DNA of 64,000 nt from a virus (Duplodnaviria > Caudoviricetes), in IMG/VR virus record IMGVR_UViG_3300033076_001357, positions 21,120 to 85,119 of that record; one strand, 5' to 3'. Position numbers and translations under genes: made by a program. Numbering within the stretch: position 1 is the stretch's first letter; every line of letters starts with the position of its first letter. The notes below the pieces were generated by a model that saw only the letters and a program-made list of their open reading frames with translations, was not told where the DNA came from and did no database searches. Of the stretch, positions 53,241 to 63,406 are shown piece by piece.

Positions 53241-55983
53241 TCAGTGGTCGGTGGAGAGGTGCTGGGCGAGCCGGTGGGACACGTTGGTGACGAACGCCGC
53301 CTTGGTCATCAGCTCCAGGTGGTAGCCCTGGTTCAGCGCCAGGATGGCCTCGGTGTCGCCCATCCAGTAGGCGCGGGCGGCGCGGGCCACGTTGTCCCGC
53401 GTCACGGTGTCGGACGGGAACATGTCGACGGGGTTCTTGTCGGGGTCGTAGACGACCCACATGGCGTCGCGCGGCCGGACCTGCTGGCCGTCCACCTCGA
53501 TGTGGGCGAGCCTCGGGCCGCTCTTCTTCCTGTTGCGGGCGGAAGGGGCTGTCATCAGGGTCTGAGTTCCTTTCTTGCCGGTACCGGCTGTTGTAGCACC
53601 AGTATAGCAGGGGCGTTTCCCGCCCGGCAACTAGCCGGGCGGGAAACCACGGCGGGGGTCAGATCTGGTACGAACCGTCGAGACGGGCCACGCCGCTGGC
53701 CACGGTGGGGACCTCGTCGGACCCGAGGTACTGGCTGGTGGAGAGCCACGCCCCGACCATGGCCACGGCCTCCTCGGGGGAGGCTTCGCCGATGGGGTCG
53801 TACCCGGCGGCCTCCCACACCTGGGGGTCGATGCGGACGATGAGGCGGGCGGTGAACGTCATCACCGCGCTGTGGCGGGCGGCCAGGGCCAGAGCCCGCT
53901 CGGCGTCGACGTCCTCCTGGATGCCGGGGGGCAGCGGGTCGGTGTCGGAGCCGAACAGCCCGATGGTGGCGGCGTACACTTCCTCTTCACGGGTCATAGC
54001 GAGTTTCTCCTGTGGTCTACGGGTGCTGGCGGGGGGTCTGGATCCGGATGCGCGCGGCGGGATCGGTGACGGGGAGGCCGGTGGCCGACCCCGGCTTGAG
54101 CGCACGGGAGGTCACGGCGGAGTCGTGGTGGCGCACCTGGTTGGTGACGGGCAGGTCCGCCGTGTACGGCCGAATGAACTCGGCGGTGTCGGCCGAGGGG
54201 TCGAACGCGGGCCACGGCGTGGTCAGCCGCTCCAGCTCCGACCGCAGAGCGTCGATGGTGGCGCGGGAGTCGGCCAGCCGGGCCTCGAACACGACCCGCT
54301 GCTCCGCCAGCTGGTGCGCGAGGTCACGCCTACCGGTGGCCAGCGAGCGGACGAACTCCAACTCCAGTTCGAGCACCTCTATGCGGTCGAGCAGCTCGGA
54401 GACGGACCGGCGGCGGCGGTGGCCGGAGCCGGAACGGAACAGTTTCATCACGGGTGCTGGCCTCCTGTGGAGCGGCGGGTGGTTATGATACTACTGTAGC
54501 ACGGGGCTTTCTGGGGCGGCAACTACCCCCGGCGCGACCGGCTGCGGGTGACGATGTCGATGACCAGGGCGTCCGGGTCGTCCTTCAGGCCCAGCGCCAT
54601 CAGCAGGTACCGGAGCTGGTCACGCAGGTCCTCGCGGGGCACGTCCACGTTGGCGGGGTGGCGGATGACGTAGGTCTCGGCCACCTTGCCAGCGGCGTTG
54701 GCCTCGTCCTTGGTGACCTTGGACGGGGGAGGTACCGAAGCTCCTACGGCGATCTCACCGAAGTGAGTGTTGTCCTTCACTTGACGCGACCTTTCTACAG
54801 GTCGAGCCCCCGCTTCGTGAGAAACGGGGGCTCGACCTGCGGTGGAGGGACTACTGCTGCTCGTCACCGGTGACGACGGTGAAGTCGGCGACGGTCTGGG
54901 AGACGCCGTCGGCGTCGGTGTAGGTGAAGCGCTGACCGAACTCGGGGCTGTCGGAGACGTGGCCCAGGTACCGGGAGCCGTCGACCTGGGCCACGACCAG
55001 CGGGGAGCCGCTGTCGTCGGTGAGGACGAGCTTGGCGAGGGTCTGCCGCTCCTTCTTGAGAGCGGCCTTGGCGTCGACGGCGGCCTGGCGCTTCTCCTCG
55101 CGCTTGCGCAGCCGGTCGGCGGCGGCCCGGCGGCGGGCCACGGCCTTGTCGATTCCCGAGCAGACCTGGTCGGTGAACCCGTACCTGGTCGCCCAGTTAT
55201 CGGCGCTCGCCGAGACCCGGACCGAGCCCTCCAGGCGGTAGATCTCCTCGTCGAGGGCTCCGTACTTGATCAGCAGGGACTTCAGCTTGGCGTCGTGACC
55301 CGGGGCGAACATCTTGCGGGTGGTGGAGGTGCAGCCGGTGGTGACGACGTCGTCGTAGAGCGGCTCTCCGCCCTCCTCGGGGTTGTCGCGGAAGTTGACG
55401 AGAACCTCGAAGAAGCTGCACTCGCACGGGCGGGGGTCGTTGGAGGCCTTCGGAGCCTCGACGGTGGTCTCAGCGGTCTCGGGGGCGCTGTCGGTCATGT
55501 CCGAACTCCTCGGAGAAGGCCCCGCCAGGGTGGCGGAGCGGCTTGATTGAGCGGTAGGACCAGTCTAGCAGATCATTTGTCTACAGCGCAACTGGTTGGT
55601 GACCCCGCTGATCACACGTAGCGGCCGGTGGCCCGCGTCAGTAGGTCCCTGTAGGTGTTGAGAGAGTCCCTGACGTACCGGGGGGAGGGGTCGATGAACG
55701 CCTGGGGGTTCTTACGAAAGTCCTTGACCCACCCGGAGAAGTCCAGAGGGGCCGAGAGAGCGGTCTGGTAGTGGTCGAAGACCCGGTGCTCGAACACGCG
55801 GGGGTTGAAGAGGCGCCCGAGAGACGTCTGGCGACCCTTCAGGGATACGAAGACCACCGGTCGGAACTGTGCGCGAGCGTCCGCCCACGCCTGGTAGCGG
55901 TCCGAGGGCCCCTCGGGGGTCTCCAGGATCACGAAGACGCGGTTACCACGCTCCAGAAAGGTGTCGAACCGGCGCTCTGACAT
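53241..55983 (-). other. Small early ORFs behind repeated promoters (53241-53555, 53659-53997, 54017-54451, 54523-54780, 55612-55983)
   Basis: Coding-like composition; promoters at 53601-53630, 54493-54522 and 56047-56076. Confidence 0.55.
54851..55498 (-). CDS. Hypothetical protein with a CxC...GC...FAPGHDAK motif
   Basis: CECS...GCTSTTRKMFAPGHDAKL; promoter at 55562-55591. Confidence 0.75.
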   Translation of the reverse strand: MTDSAPETAETTVEAPKASNDPRPCECSFFEVLVNFRDNPEEGGEPLYDDVVTTGCTSTTRKMFAPGHDAKLKSLLIKYGALDEEIYRLEGSVRVSASADNWATRYGFTDQVCSGIDKAVARRRAAADRLRKREEKRQAAVDAKAALKKERQTLAKLVLTDDSGSPLVVAQVDGSRYLGHVSDSPEFGQRFTYTDADGVSQTVADFTVVTGDEQQ

Positions 55984-56134
55984 CGCTGAAGCCACGTCGG
56001 GCTCCTTTCTGGCCGGGCCAGGCGGCTCCTGGCGGCGTAAGACACCAGTATAACAGGCCACTTGCGGCCCAGGAAATAGCCATGATTGGCTGGTAGCAAG
56101 CCCGACAGGGGGCCCGGAACGATTAGGAGCACAC

Positions 56135-56569
56135 GTGAAGGACGACACCAAGGACGGGCTCGGCGCCCTGGCCATCGTGCTGGGCCTGATGGCGCTGGGA
56201 GGGGTGATCGGGCTGGTGATCTGGGGCGCGTCGGTGCTGCTGTCGCCGGTGGTGGGGGCCGGAAACGTCCACAAGGACGTCAACGACGCCAAGAACCGGG
56301 AGCACTGGCAGGCCCAGTATTGGGCCGAGTACAACCAGCTGCAGGCGGACAAGCGCCAGATCGGCGTCCTGAAGACGTCGTACGACAGCTCCAGGTCGGA
56401 GCAGGACCGGATCGACCTGGAGGGGGCTCAGAACAACTGTCAGCAGGACGTCGCCCGGTACAACGGTGACACGCAGAACGTGCTGGGGGCCAAGTGGCTC
56501 CCCGAGGGGCTGCCGAGCCAGGTGGCCGACGGGGACATGTGCGAGCCTCAGGCCACCGCGTCCCGGTAG
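56135..56569 (+). CDS. Membrane-anchored protein
   Basis: N-terminal TM helix, then a helical domain. Confidence 0.7.
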   Translation: MKDDTKDGLGALAIVLGLMALGGVIGLVIWGASVLLSPVVGAGNVHKDVNDAKNREHWQAQYWAEYNQLQADKRQIGVLKTSYDSSRSEQDRIDLEGAQNNCQQDVARYNGDTQNVLGAKWLPEGLPSQVADGDMCEPQATASR

Positions 56570-56915
56570 AACCCCGCCCGGGGCCCCCGGATCCGATGAG
56601 TCGGATCCGGGGGCCCCGCGTGTATCAGGAGAGGAGAAGGAACCTGTGGGCAGCCGACCTTTTTCGACGCCGGTGGTCATCACCCTGGAATGCGGCCACC
56701 GGGTGCGGGGGCGAAACCGACCCCTCAACCCTGCGGCCAGGTACCCGTGTGGGGCCAACGCGGGGTGCGGGTACCTGGTCGGGTGGACCAGGTGGGAAGA
56801 GCAGGACACCGGCATGAAAGGGGCGAACCCGAAGGCGGGTCAGCGGTAGCACTTGCTGCGGGGGAAACGGGGGTGGTATGATGGGTACAACACACAACCC
56901 CAGGGGGTGCCCACG

Positions 56916-57098
56916 ATGAGGAAAAAGGCCGCCAAGCCGCCGGTCACCAAGGCTCAGGCCGACAGGACGATCATCACGCTGATCCTGGCGTGCGTCCTGG
57001 TGATACTGGGGATGTCGGCCCACCGCACCCCCGACACCGACGGCTGCCGACCGGCGGCCAGTCACCGCTGCGACCGGACGGAGACCCCGACCCCATGA
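56916..57098 (+). CDS. Small membrane protein
   Basis: TIITLILACVLVILGM; promoter at 56853-56882. Confidence 0.55.
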   Translation: MRKKAAKPPVTKAQADRTIITLILACVLVILGMSAHRTPDTDGCRPAASHRCDRTETPTP

Positions 57099-57307
57099 CG
57101 AAGACCCAGGCGGTCAAGGTGGCGCTGATCGCGCTGCCGCTGGCGGCCACGACGGCCGCGTGCGGCGGTAACGGTGGAGGTCACTACCACCAGCCCGCGA
57201 CCACGGTGGTCCACCACCACTACTACCACCCGGCGCCGGTGGCGCCCCGAGTTCGCGCCCGCAGGAACACCACGGTCCACGTCTACCACTACCACTACCA
57301 CCACTGA
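57095..57307 (+). CDS. Small His/Tyr-rich lipoprotein
   Basis: Signal peptide with lipobox TAAC-G; HYHQ, HHHYYH, HVYHYHYHH. Confidence 0.6.
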   Translation: MTKTQAVKVALIALPLAATTAACGGNGGGHYHQPATTVVHHHYYHPAPVAPRVRARRNTTVHVYHYHYHH

Positions 57308-57358
57308 TCATCGAGACCCGGGGCGCCGGTGGCGCCCCGGCGAACGGAAGGCAGAACG

Positions 57359-57949
57359 ATGCGGAAGAACGTGAAGAAAGCGGGCGCGGTGGCCGTCCTG
57401 GCGCTGGTCGTGGGGGCCGGGGCCAGCGCGTGCGACATCGGCGGCGACGACAGCGGCCCCAAGGGCGGGGTGTCGGCCCAGAACCTGGGCAACAACGACA
57501 ACAACGCCATCGCGTCGTGGGCGAACCGGGCGGTGCGGTACCCGTACCGCAACCAGGACCCGACCGACCCGCTGGAGATCAAGAACCTGGCCAGGCGGCT
57601 GACCTACTTCAACTCGAAGGGGTCGACCGGGTACGTCTACCTGCTGGCGCCCAATACCGACAAGGTGATCGGGTACTACGTCATCAGCGGCAAGGTCAGC
57701 TCGACCGGGTCCCAGATGACCGCCACCCAGGCGGTCCACAACTGCTCCGACCAGTACGGCGGAAGCTGCACCGCCACCGACTCGATCGGTGACGACGGCT
57801 CGTACGGGCCGGAGGAGGGTGGCCAGCAGGGCGTGTTCTTCTTCACCACCACCGGTACGCTGGTGGAGACGGTGATGCCGTGGATCTACAGCTCCCAGCC
57901 GCTGAAGGTCTACGCGGACGCGCCGATGCTGGACAGCAACAAGAAGTGA
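57359..57949 (+). CDS. Lipoprotein
   Basis: MRKNVKK...GASAC lipobox; DDGSYG...GVFFFT. Confidence 0.75.
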   Translation: MRKNVKKAGAVAVLALVVGAGASACDIGGDDSGPKGGVSAQNLGNNDNNAIASWANRAVRYPYRNQDPTDPLEIKNLARRLTYFNSKGSTGYVYLLAPNTDKVIGYYVISGKVSSTGSQMTATQAVHNCSDQYGGSCTATDSIGDDGSYGPEEGGQQGVFFFTTTGTLVETVMPWIYSSQPLKVYADAPMLDSNKK

Positions 57950-58161
57950 CGGCCCCGCCCCGGCCGGAGGGTCCGGCCGGGGCCGAACGGAAGGGAGAAG
58001 GGCGGTGTCGCAGGACGACAGAACAGAGGTGTCGGTGATACGGATCCTGGCCGCGCTGGCCAGGCTCGCGTCCCGGCAGGCGGCGAACGAGGTCCACCAG
58101 ACAAGGGTGGGCGCCAACGAGTTCCTGAAGAAGTGCGGCGGCAACGAGAAGGAGAAGTAAG

Positions 58162-58428
58162 ATGGGCATGAGGGACATCCTGCGCAACGGCCGGGGGTCG
58201 CGGGGCACCGCGTTCCAGGGGTCGCTGGAGAGCAAGGACCCCGACCGGCTGGACGCGGCGGCTGCCGTGATCCGGGGGGAGGCCAAGAAGCACCGCGCGG
58301 CCCAGGCCATCGAGGCGGCGGTGGGCGACGCCGACCAGGCGGAGCGGCTGGGCCAGATGGCCAACCTCACCGAGGGCGAGGCCAACCGGTACGAGAAGAC
58401 CAGCTGGCTGAAGCGGATGACCGGCTGA
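58162..58428 (+). CDS. Small hypothetical protein
   Basis: AAGGAG RBS; ORF track. Confidence 0.55.
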   Translation: MGMRDILRNGRGSRGTAFQGSLESKDPDRLDAAAAVIRGEAKKHRAAQAIEAAVGDADQAERLGQMANLTEGEANRYEKTSWLKRMTG

Positions 58429-58673
58429 CCGGCTGACCGACACCAACACGCGGACCCCCCACCAGACTGACGCTGTCCAGGGAAACAGCCAGCTGGTGGG
58501 GGGTCCGCGCGTATTTGGCGGCGGCGGAAGCAACGAGCCCGACAAGAAACGGTGCTTGAGCCGGTACCAGGATACCAAAAGAGAAGTGGAGAGCACAACC
58601 AGGACAACTTGCGCGGGTGGAACAAGTCTGGTATACTTGTATGGAAGACAAGCCCGACAAGGAGGGTCTTACC

Positions 58674-58952
58674 GTGACCAGAGCACCCCACTACACCAGT
58701 TCGCTGATAGAGGACCTGGTGACCGGCCGACAGACCATGAAAGACGTGATGTTCGGAGTGGTGCGGACCGCCGGACCACGCGGGCTGCGCCCCGTCGACG
58801 TACACCGGCGGATGACGAAGCTGGTGGGCGAGTGGTCGGTGCCGCACCTGCGGACCGTGACCAGGTGGATGAACGAGGACGACCGGATCTGGAAGCCCAC
58901 CGGCTTCGGCACCTACGCGGCCAAGCCCAACTTCAGCAAGGAGACGAACTGA
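58674..58952 (+). CDS. Small winged-HTH-like protein heading the transfer operon
   Basis: Promoter at 58609-58637, GGAGG RBS, GTG at 58674. Confidence 0.6.
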   Translation: MTRAPHYTSSLIEDLVTGRQTMKDVMFGVVRTAGPRGLRPVDVHRRMTKLVGEWSVPHLRTVTRWMNEDDRIWKPTGFGTYAAKPNFSKETN

Positions 58953-58954
58953 CC

Positions 58955-59944
58955 ATGGCCAGGATGAGGAGGGTGATCACCGAGCGGGTCGTGACTCACA
59001 CGATCGGCGGCAAGACCCGTACGGTGCGGGTGCCCGAAGAGAAGATGGTGCCCTTGGCACCCAAGGACTGGGACCGGGTGGCGCTCAACGCCGTGACCAC
59101 GGCGGTGGCCCTGATGGGCGCGGTGTCGATCGTGTGGTCGACCGTGTCGATCGGCCACCTGCTCAGCCTGGCGTCGGTAGTCTGGGCCGCCTACCTGGTG
59201 GCCGCCATCTTCGACGTCAGCTGGATCGTGTGCCTGGTGCTGGAGTGGCTCAGCCGCTTCAACCCCGAGAAGGTGCGAGCACCTCGGACGGCGGGGTGGG
59301 CCGCGCTGGTGGTCGCGATGTCGGCGATCTTCACCAACAGCAGCCTTCAGCACCAGCCGCTGGCCGGACTGTTCGGCGCGGCGGTGTCCCTGGTGTCGAA
59401 GGGACTGTGGGCGATGAGGATACACCACACCGCCCAGAAGCTGACCCCCGAACAGCAGGCCTGGGTGTCCGACGAGCTGGCGGACATGTCCGCCACGGCG
59501 GCGGTGCTCGGAGCCCGCAGGCAGATGGCGGGAATCAACAACCGGACACAGCGGATACTGCTGGCGCTGGAGGCGGACACCGTCGGACACGTCCGGACAG
59601 ACGTCCAGGACACGGCGGACACGTCCGACGATGTCCGGACAGAGTCACAGGACGTGACGGACAACGAAGCTCTGACCGGCCCGGACAGCGTCCGGACACT
59701 GTCCTGGACAGCCGGGACGTCACAGGACGTGACGGACACGTCCGACCGTGTCCGGACAGGTGTCCAGGACACGGTCGGACAGCGTCCGGGGCCACTGCCC
59801 TCACTGGCCCAGCTGGTGAGGGACGCGATGGACGAAGGCGTCAAGGAGGAAGGGATCGTGGAGGCGGTGCACAGGGTCAACCCCGACGCCAAGCCGAACA
59901 GCGTGATCCGGACCTACCGACGAGAACAGCAGAACCACGTCTGA
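58955..59944 (+). CDS. Spd/DUF2637-like multi-TM plasmid spread protein with C-terminal HTH-like end
   Basis: Four TM segments (AAIFDVSWIVCL motif), coiled coil, low-complexity repeat region. Confidence 0.65.
   Translation: MARMRRVITERVVTHTIGGKTRTVRVPEEKMVPLAPKDWDRVALNAVTTAVALMGAVSIVWSTVSIGHLLSLASVVWAAYLVAAIFDVSWIVCLVLEWLSRFNPEKVRAPRTAGWAALVVAMSAIFTNSSLQHQPLAGLFGAAVSLVSKGLWAMRIHHTAQKLTPEQQAWVSDELADMSATAAVLGARRQMAGINNRTQRILLALEADTVGHVRTDVQDTADTSDDVRTESQDVTDNEALTGPDSVRTLSWTAGTSQDVTDTSDRVRTGVQDTVGQRPGPLPSLAQLVRDAMDEGVKEEGIVEAVHRVNPDAKPNSVIRTYRREQQNHV
59581..59790. repeat. Dense GGACA/GTCCGGAC repeat cluster inside the Spd-like gene
   Basis: 13 GGACA plus 3 GGACG counted in about 210 bp. Confidence 0.8.
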
Positions 59945-60000
59945 CGACCCCGCCCCGGCCGGACCGACTCCGGTCGGGGCCCTACTGCTTGGCGGCAGCG

Positions 60001-61779
60001 ATGAACACCAACTGGCTGAAGAAGCACACCCGAACCATAGCGCTGTCGGTGGGACCACCGACCGGAGTGAGCGGCCTGGCGCTGGCCACCTGGCTGCAGT
60101 ACGGCGGGTCGGCGGCGGCGGTCGAGTTCGCGGTAGCGGCGACCAGCGGCGGACTGGCCGTAAGCTCGTTCGCCAAGAAGTGGTCAGGACCGCTGAGCTG
60201 GGCCGCCACCGGCCTGGCGCTGGCAGCCACCCAGGCCACCGTCACGTCGAGCGCCGGACCGTCCGGCGTGACGGTGTACGCCTGGCTGGTGGGGGTGGGA
60301 CTGAGCACGGCGGCCACGGCGGTGCTGAACCACCGGACCCGCCACGACCACCACCGGAACCGGATAGAAGAGATCCACGCCGACACCGCGCTGGCCCAGC
60401 AGAACGTCGCGATGGCCAGGCTGGCGATGATGCAGAACCGGCTGGCGGCCACCGCCCCCGCCGAACCCCGGCTGACCGGGTCCAACCCCGAGGAGGTGGC
60501 GGTCAGGACGGCGCTGTGGGAGGTGTACAAGACAGAGTTCCCGACGGTGTCGGTGGAGAAGCTGGCGGGGGGAGACGGCTGGGTGGCGGTGATCGGGACA
60601 CCCCCGGGACACCCCCGGGACACCGTGGCGAAGAACTGGGACAAGGTGTCCGGGGCCATGGGCGTGCCCGGGAAGTTCGAGACCCGGAGCGGGGTACTGA
60701 GCAACCAGCTGGTGGTGAGGTACCAGGAAGGCGACCCGCTGACCGCGACGATACCGTACGAGGTCAGCGAGGCCAGCAGCTTCCTGGAGCCCGTGACGCT
60801 GGGGAAGGACGCCCACGGAGACACGGTGACGGTGGAGCTGTGCTACAACCACACGCTGATAGCCGGAAGCTCCAGGTTCGGCAAGTCGAACCTGATGAAA
60901 CTGATCGCGCTGAGGCTGGCCGCGCTGCCCGACACCGTGCTGTACGGGGTGGACATGAAACCCGGAGCGCCCGAGCTAACCCTGCTGAAGCCGGTGCTGC
61001 ACGACCTGGGACAGACGGTGGAGCAGGCCAGGGCGCTGTTCGACTGGCTGACCCAGGAGATGCACGAGAGGGGAGAGATACTTTCGAAGGCCGGGGACAC
61101 CGCGTGGGACCCGAAGAAGCACGGCCGACCGGCCATATTCGTGCTGGTGGACGAGCTGGCCGAGCTGGTCAGGCAGGGAAACAGGGTACCCAAGGGAACG
61201 AAGCCGATATCGGAGCAGGTGGAGTCGCTGCTGGCGCTGGCCCGGGCGTACGGGATACAGCTGATACTGGGGACCCAGCAGCCGTCGAACAGGGTGTTCG
61301 GCAACTCGACGGACGCGAGAGGGAACCTGACGGTGAGGATCTCGACCCGGATGAACGACGCCAAACACGCCCAGTACGTGTTCAGCGAGGCCAGGTTCAG
61401 GCCGGGGACGCTGGACACCCCCGGCAAGTTCCTGCTGATGAGCCCCGACCACACCGACGGCAGGGAATACAAGGCCCAGTTCGTGAGTGACGAAGTAGCG
61501 GCGAGGGAGGTGGCCAGGCTGGGCGCGGAGATGGTACCGGCGCCGGTGGGCCACCGGGCGGTGCTGCCCGCGCCAGCGGGGCTGAACAACCAGGAGGCGG
61601 TACGGAACCGGCTGGAGAGGTACGGGGAGATGAGCAGGAGGGAGCTGGAGGCGGGAACCGGACTGAGCCGGGAGCAGGTGCTGAGGGCACTTAGGGAGCT
61701 GGCCCCGGAGGTGGCGCAGGACCGGGCCAGCTACCTGTGGTCGCTGAGGCCCGAGGAGACGGCCGACGAGGCCGGGTGA
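60001..61779 (+). CDS. traB: TraB-type FtsK/SpoIIIE conjugative DNA translocase
   Basis: N-terminal TM helices; Walker A AGSSRFGKS, VDMKPG, Walker B VLVDELAEL, ARAYGIQLILGTQQP; C-terminal wHTH. Real start is ATG 60001, not the track start of 59134. Confidence 0.85.
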   Translation: MNTNWLKKHTRTIALSVGPPTGVSGLALATWLQYGGSAAAVEFAVAATSGGLAVSSFAKKWSGPLSWAATGLALAATQATVTSSAGPSGVTVYAWLVGVGLSTAATAVLNHRTRHDHHRNRIEEIHADTALAQQNVAMARLAMMQNRLAATAPAEPRLTGSNPEEVAVRTALWEVYKTEFPTVSVEKLAGGDGWVAVIGTPPGHPRDTVAKNWDKVSGAMGVPGKFETRSGVLSNQLVVRYQEGDPLTATIPYEVSEASSFLEPVTLGKDAHGDTVTVELCYNHTLIAGSSRFGKSNLMKLIALRLAALPDTVLYGVDMKPGAPELTLLKPVLHDLGQTVEQARALFDWLTQEMHERGEILSKAGDTAWDPKKHGRPAIFVLVDELAELVRQGNRVPKGTKPISEQVESLLALARAYGIQLILGTQQPSNRVFGNSTDARGNLTVRISTRMNDAKHAQYVFSEARFRPGTLDTPGKFLLMSPDHTDGREYKAQFVSDEVAAREVARLGAEMVPAPVGHRAVLPAPAGLNNQEAVRNRLERYGEMSRRELEAGTGLSREQVLRALRELAPEVAQDRASYLWSLRPEETADEAG

Positions 61780-61782
61780 GGG

Positions 61783-61853
61783 GTCGCGGAGGCGGTCGCG
61801 ACCGTCCGAGCGGGGCGCGGCTCGCCGAGCCGCCGCGCGACCGCCTCCGCGAC
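61783..61853. terminator. 18-bp inverted repeat between convergent genes
   Basis: GTCGCGGAGGCGGTCGCG/CGCGACCGCCTCCGCGAC. Confidence 0.6.
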
Positions 61854-61863
61854 CGTCCGGCGC

Positions 61864-62337
61864 TCAGGCGAAGGCGGGGGGAAGGGGGTTGCCGTCGTCG
61901 TCGACGCCCCAGGGGTTGGGGCCGAGCCACTCGGCGGTCTGGGAGCGGGCGGCCTGGATGAGCTGCTCGCGGGCGGCGTCGGCCTGGAGACGGGCCAGGC
62001 GGCGGTCGGCCTCACGTCGGAGGCGGGTGTCACGGGCCCGGGCCAGGCCCTGCTCGCGAGGTATGGTGCGAAACTCGGCCCGGGTGGCCCGGTAGGCGGC
62101 GAGGGCACGGGAGGCGGCCTGGACGTCAAGGGCGGAGTTGACGGAGGACTCAAGACCGAGTTCACGGACGACAGCCCAGACGTCGGTGACGGGTTCGCCG
62201 TCGAGAAGCAGAGGGTCGCCGTCCAGAAGGTGGCGGACCACGAGGGTCCGGATCTTGGCGCCGTGGCCGGTGGTGAAGGGTCCCTTGCTGCTACGGGTGC
62301 AGCCGGTTCCGAACCTGGAGCAAGCGCAGACGTTCAT
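61864..62337 (-). CDS. Hypothetical protein with a divergent CxC...GC...FxxGHGAK motif
   Basis: MNVCACSRFGTGCTRSSKGPFTTGHGAKI. Confidence 0.6.
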   Translation of the reverse strand: MNVCACSRFGTGCTRSSKGPFTTGHGAKIRTLVVRHLLDGDPLLLDGEPVTDVWAVVRELGLESSVNSALDVQAASRALAAYRATRAEFRTIPREQGLARARDTRLRREADRRLARLQADAAREQLIQAARSQTAEWLGPNPWGVDDDGNPLPPAFA

Positions 62338-62734
62338 GCACCGATGATAGCACACTAAGTGTGGTAAAAGTGCAGTTACTATGCTTAATATGCCGGAACC
62401 ACACGAATAAAGAAAAAGTGATCTGTCTTTCAACGGGTTGCAACGTATTTGCGAAAGATCTTGCAAACACGGAGCGTCATTGGCTGTCACTCGGTGTTGC
62501 CGTTGCGCTTCGTTACCGGGGGACACGCGCCGTTATGGTGACCGGATGTAGCGGACCGTAACGGCGCGTAGCAACCGGGGGGCCCGGGGGGCTTGTCACG
62601 GGCAGTTACCACGTGTTGCGCGCGGTGACGGCGCGCGCGTCCTCGTCGGTCGGTTACTGGTAGTCATGCCCGGCTACCCCGCGTCATGTGATGAGCGTCA
62701 CACGCACGGGACGCCCGGGGGGGCGGCGGGCAGG

Positions 62735-62833
62735 TTGTGCCTCCCGCGCAACCTATGGTATGATGGTATCACAACGACGGGGGGCTGGCCCCCCGCCCCA
62801 CCGCCCCCCCACCGGGGGGCCACCACCGGAGGT
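62735..62833 (+). promoter_or_regulatory. Promoter-leader module, copy 1
   Basis: TTGTGC-N18-TATGAT, then GG(T/A)ATCACAACG...CACCGGAGGTT shared with 63797-63896. Confidence 0.65.
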
Positions 62834-62840
62834 TCCCGAG

Positions 62841-63314
62841 ATGCGCATCCTGGCCCACACCACCGCCACCACCCCCACCGCCGCCCACAGCCTGGCCGCC
62901 GCGTTCGCCACCGCCCCGGTCCCGGCCGTCCTGGCCGGGGTGCTGGTCCCCGCCGAGGTCGCCACCCCCAAGCGGGCCCGCAAGGCCGCGACCACCGCTC
63001 GGCCCGAGAAGGCCGCAACCACCCACCACGCGTGCCGTTGCGCTGCGTTCGTGACCGAGGACGGGGTCTGGACCGGGTGCGAGGCCACCACCGCCCGGAC
63101 GTTCGCTCCCGGTCACGACGCGAAGCTGGGGAGCCTGCTGCAGCAGGCCGCCCTCACCGGAACCCCGGTCTACGACGAGCAGACGGCCACCTGGGTTAGC
63201 GCCCTGCAGGCCGCGTCCTGGTTCCCGTTCGGTCGCAAGGTCGCCGACCGCGTCGCGGCGGTGCAGGCCAAGAACGGCGCGTGCCACGACCGTGACGCGG
63301 CGTTCCGGAGCTGA
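62841..63314 (+). CDS. Hypothetical protein with a CxC...GC...FAPGHDAK motif
   Basis: CRCA...GCEATTARTFAPGHDAKL. Confidence 0.7.
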   Translation: MRILAHTTATTPTAAHSLAAAFATAPVPAVLAGVLVPAEVATPKRARKAATTARPEKAATTHHACRCAAFVTEDGVWTGCEATTARTFAPGHDAKLGSLLQQAALTGTPVYDEQTATWVSALQAASWFPFGRKVADRVAAVQAKNGACHDRDAAFRS

Positions 63315-63406
63315 CCGCCCCCGGGCGGCGGGGTGACCCCGCCGCCCGGACCCCCGCCCCCCGGGAACCGCCCAGGGGGCTACCCCCCACCAGAAAAGAG
63401 ACCGCC

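Noticed and set aside
59134-60000. N-terminal extension of TraB shown in the ORF track
   Set aside because: It overlaps the Spd-like gene in another frame and is low-complexity; ATG 60001 gives a sensible TM-bearing start.
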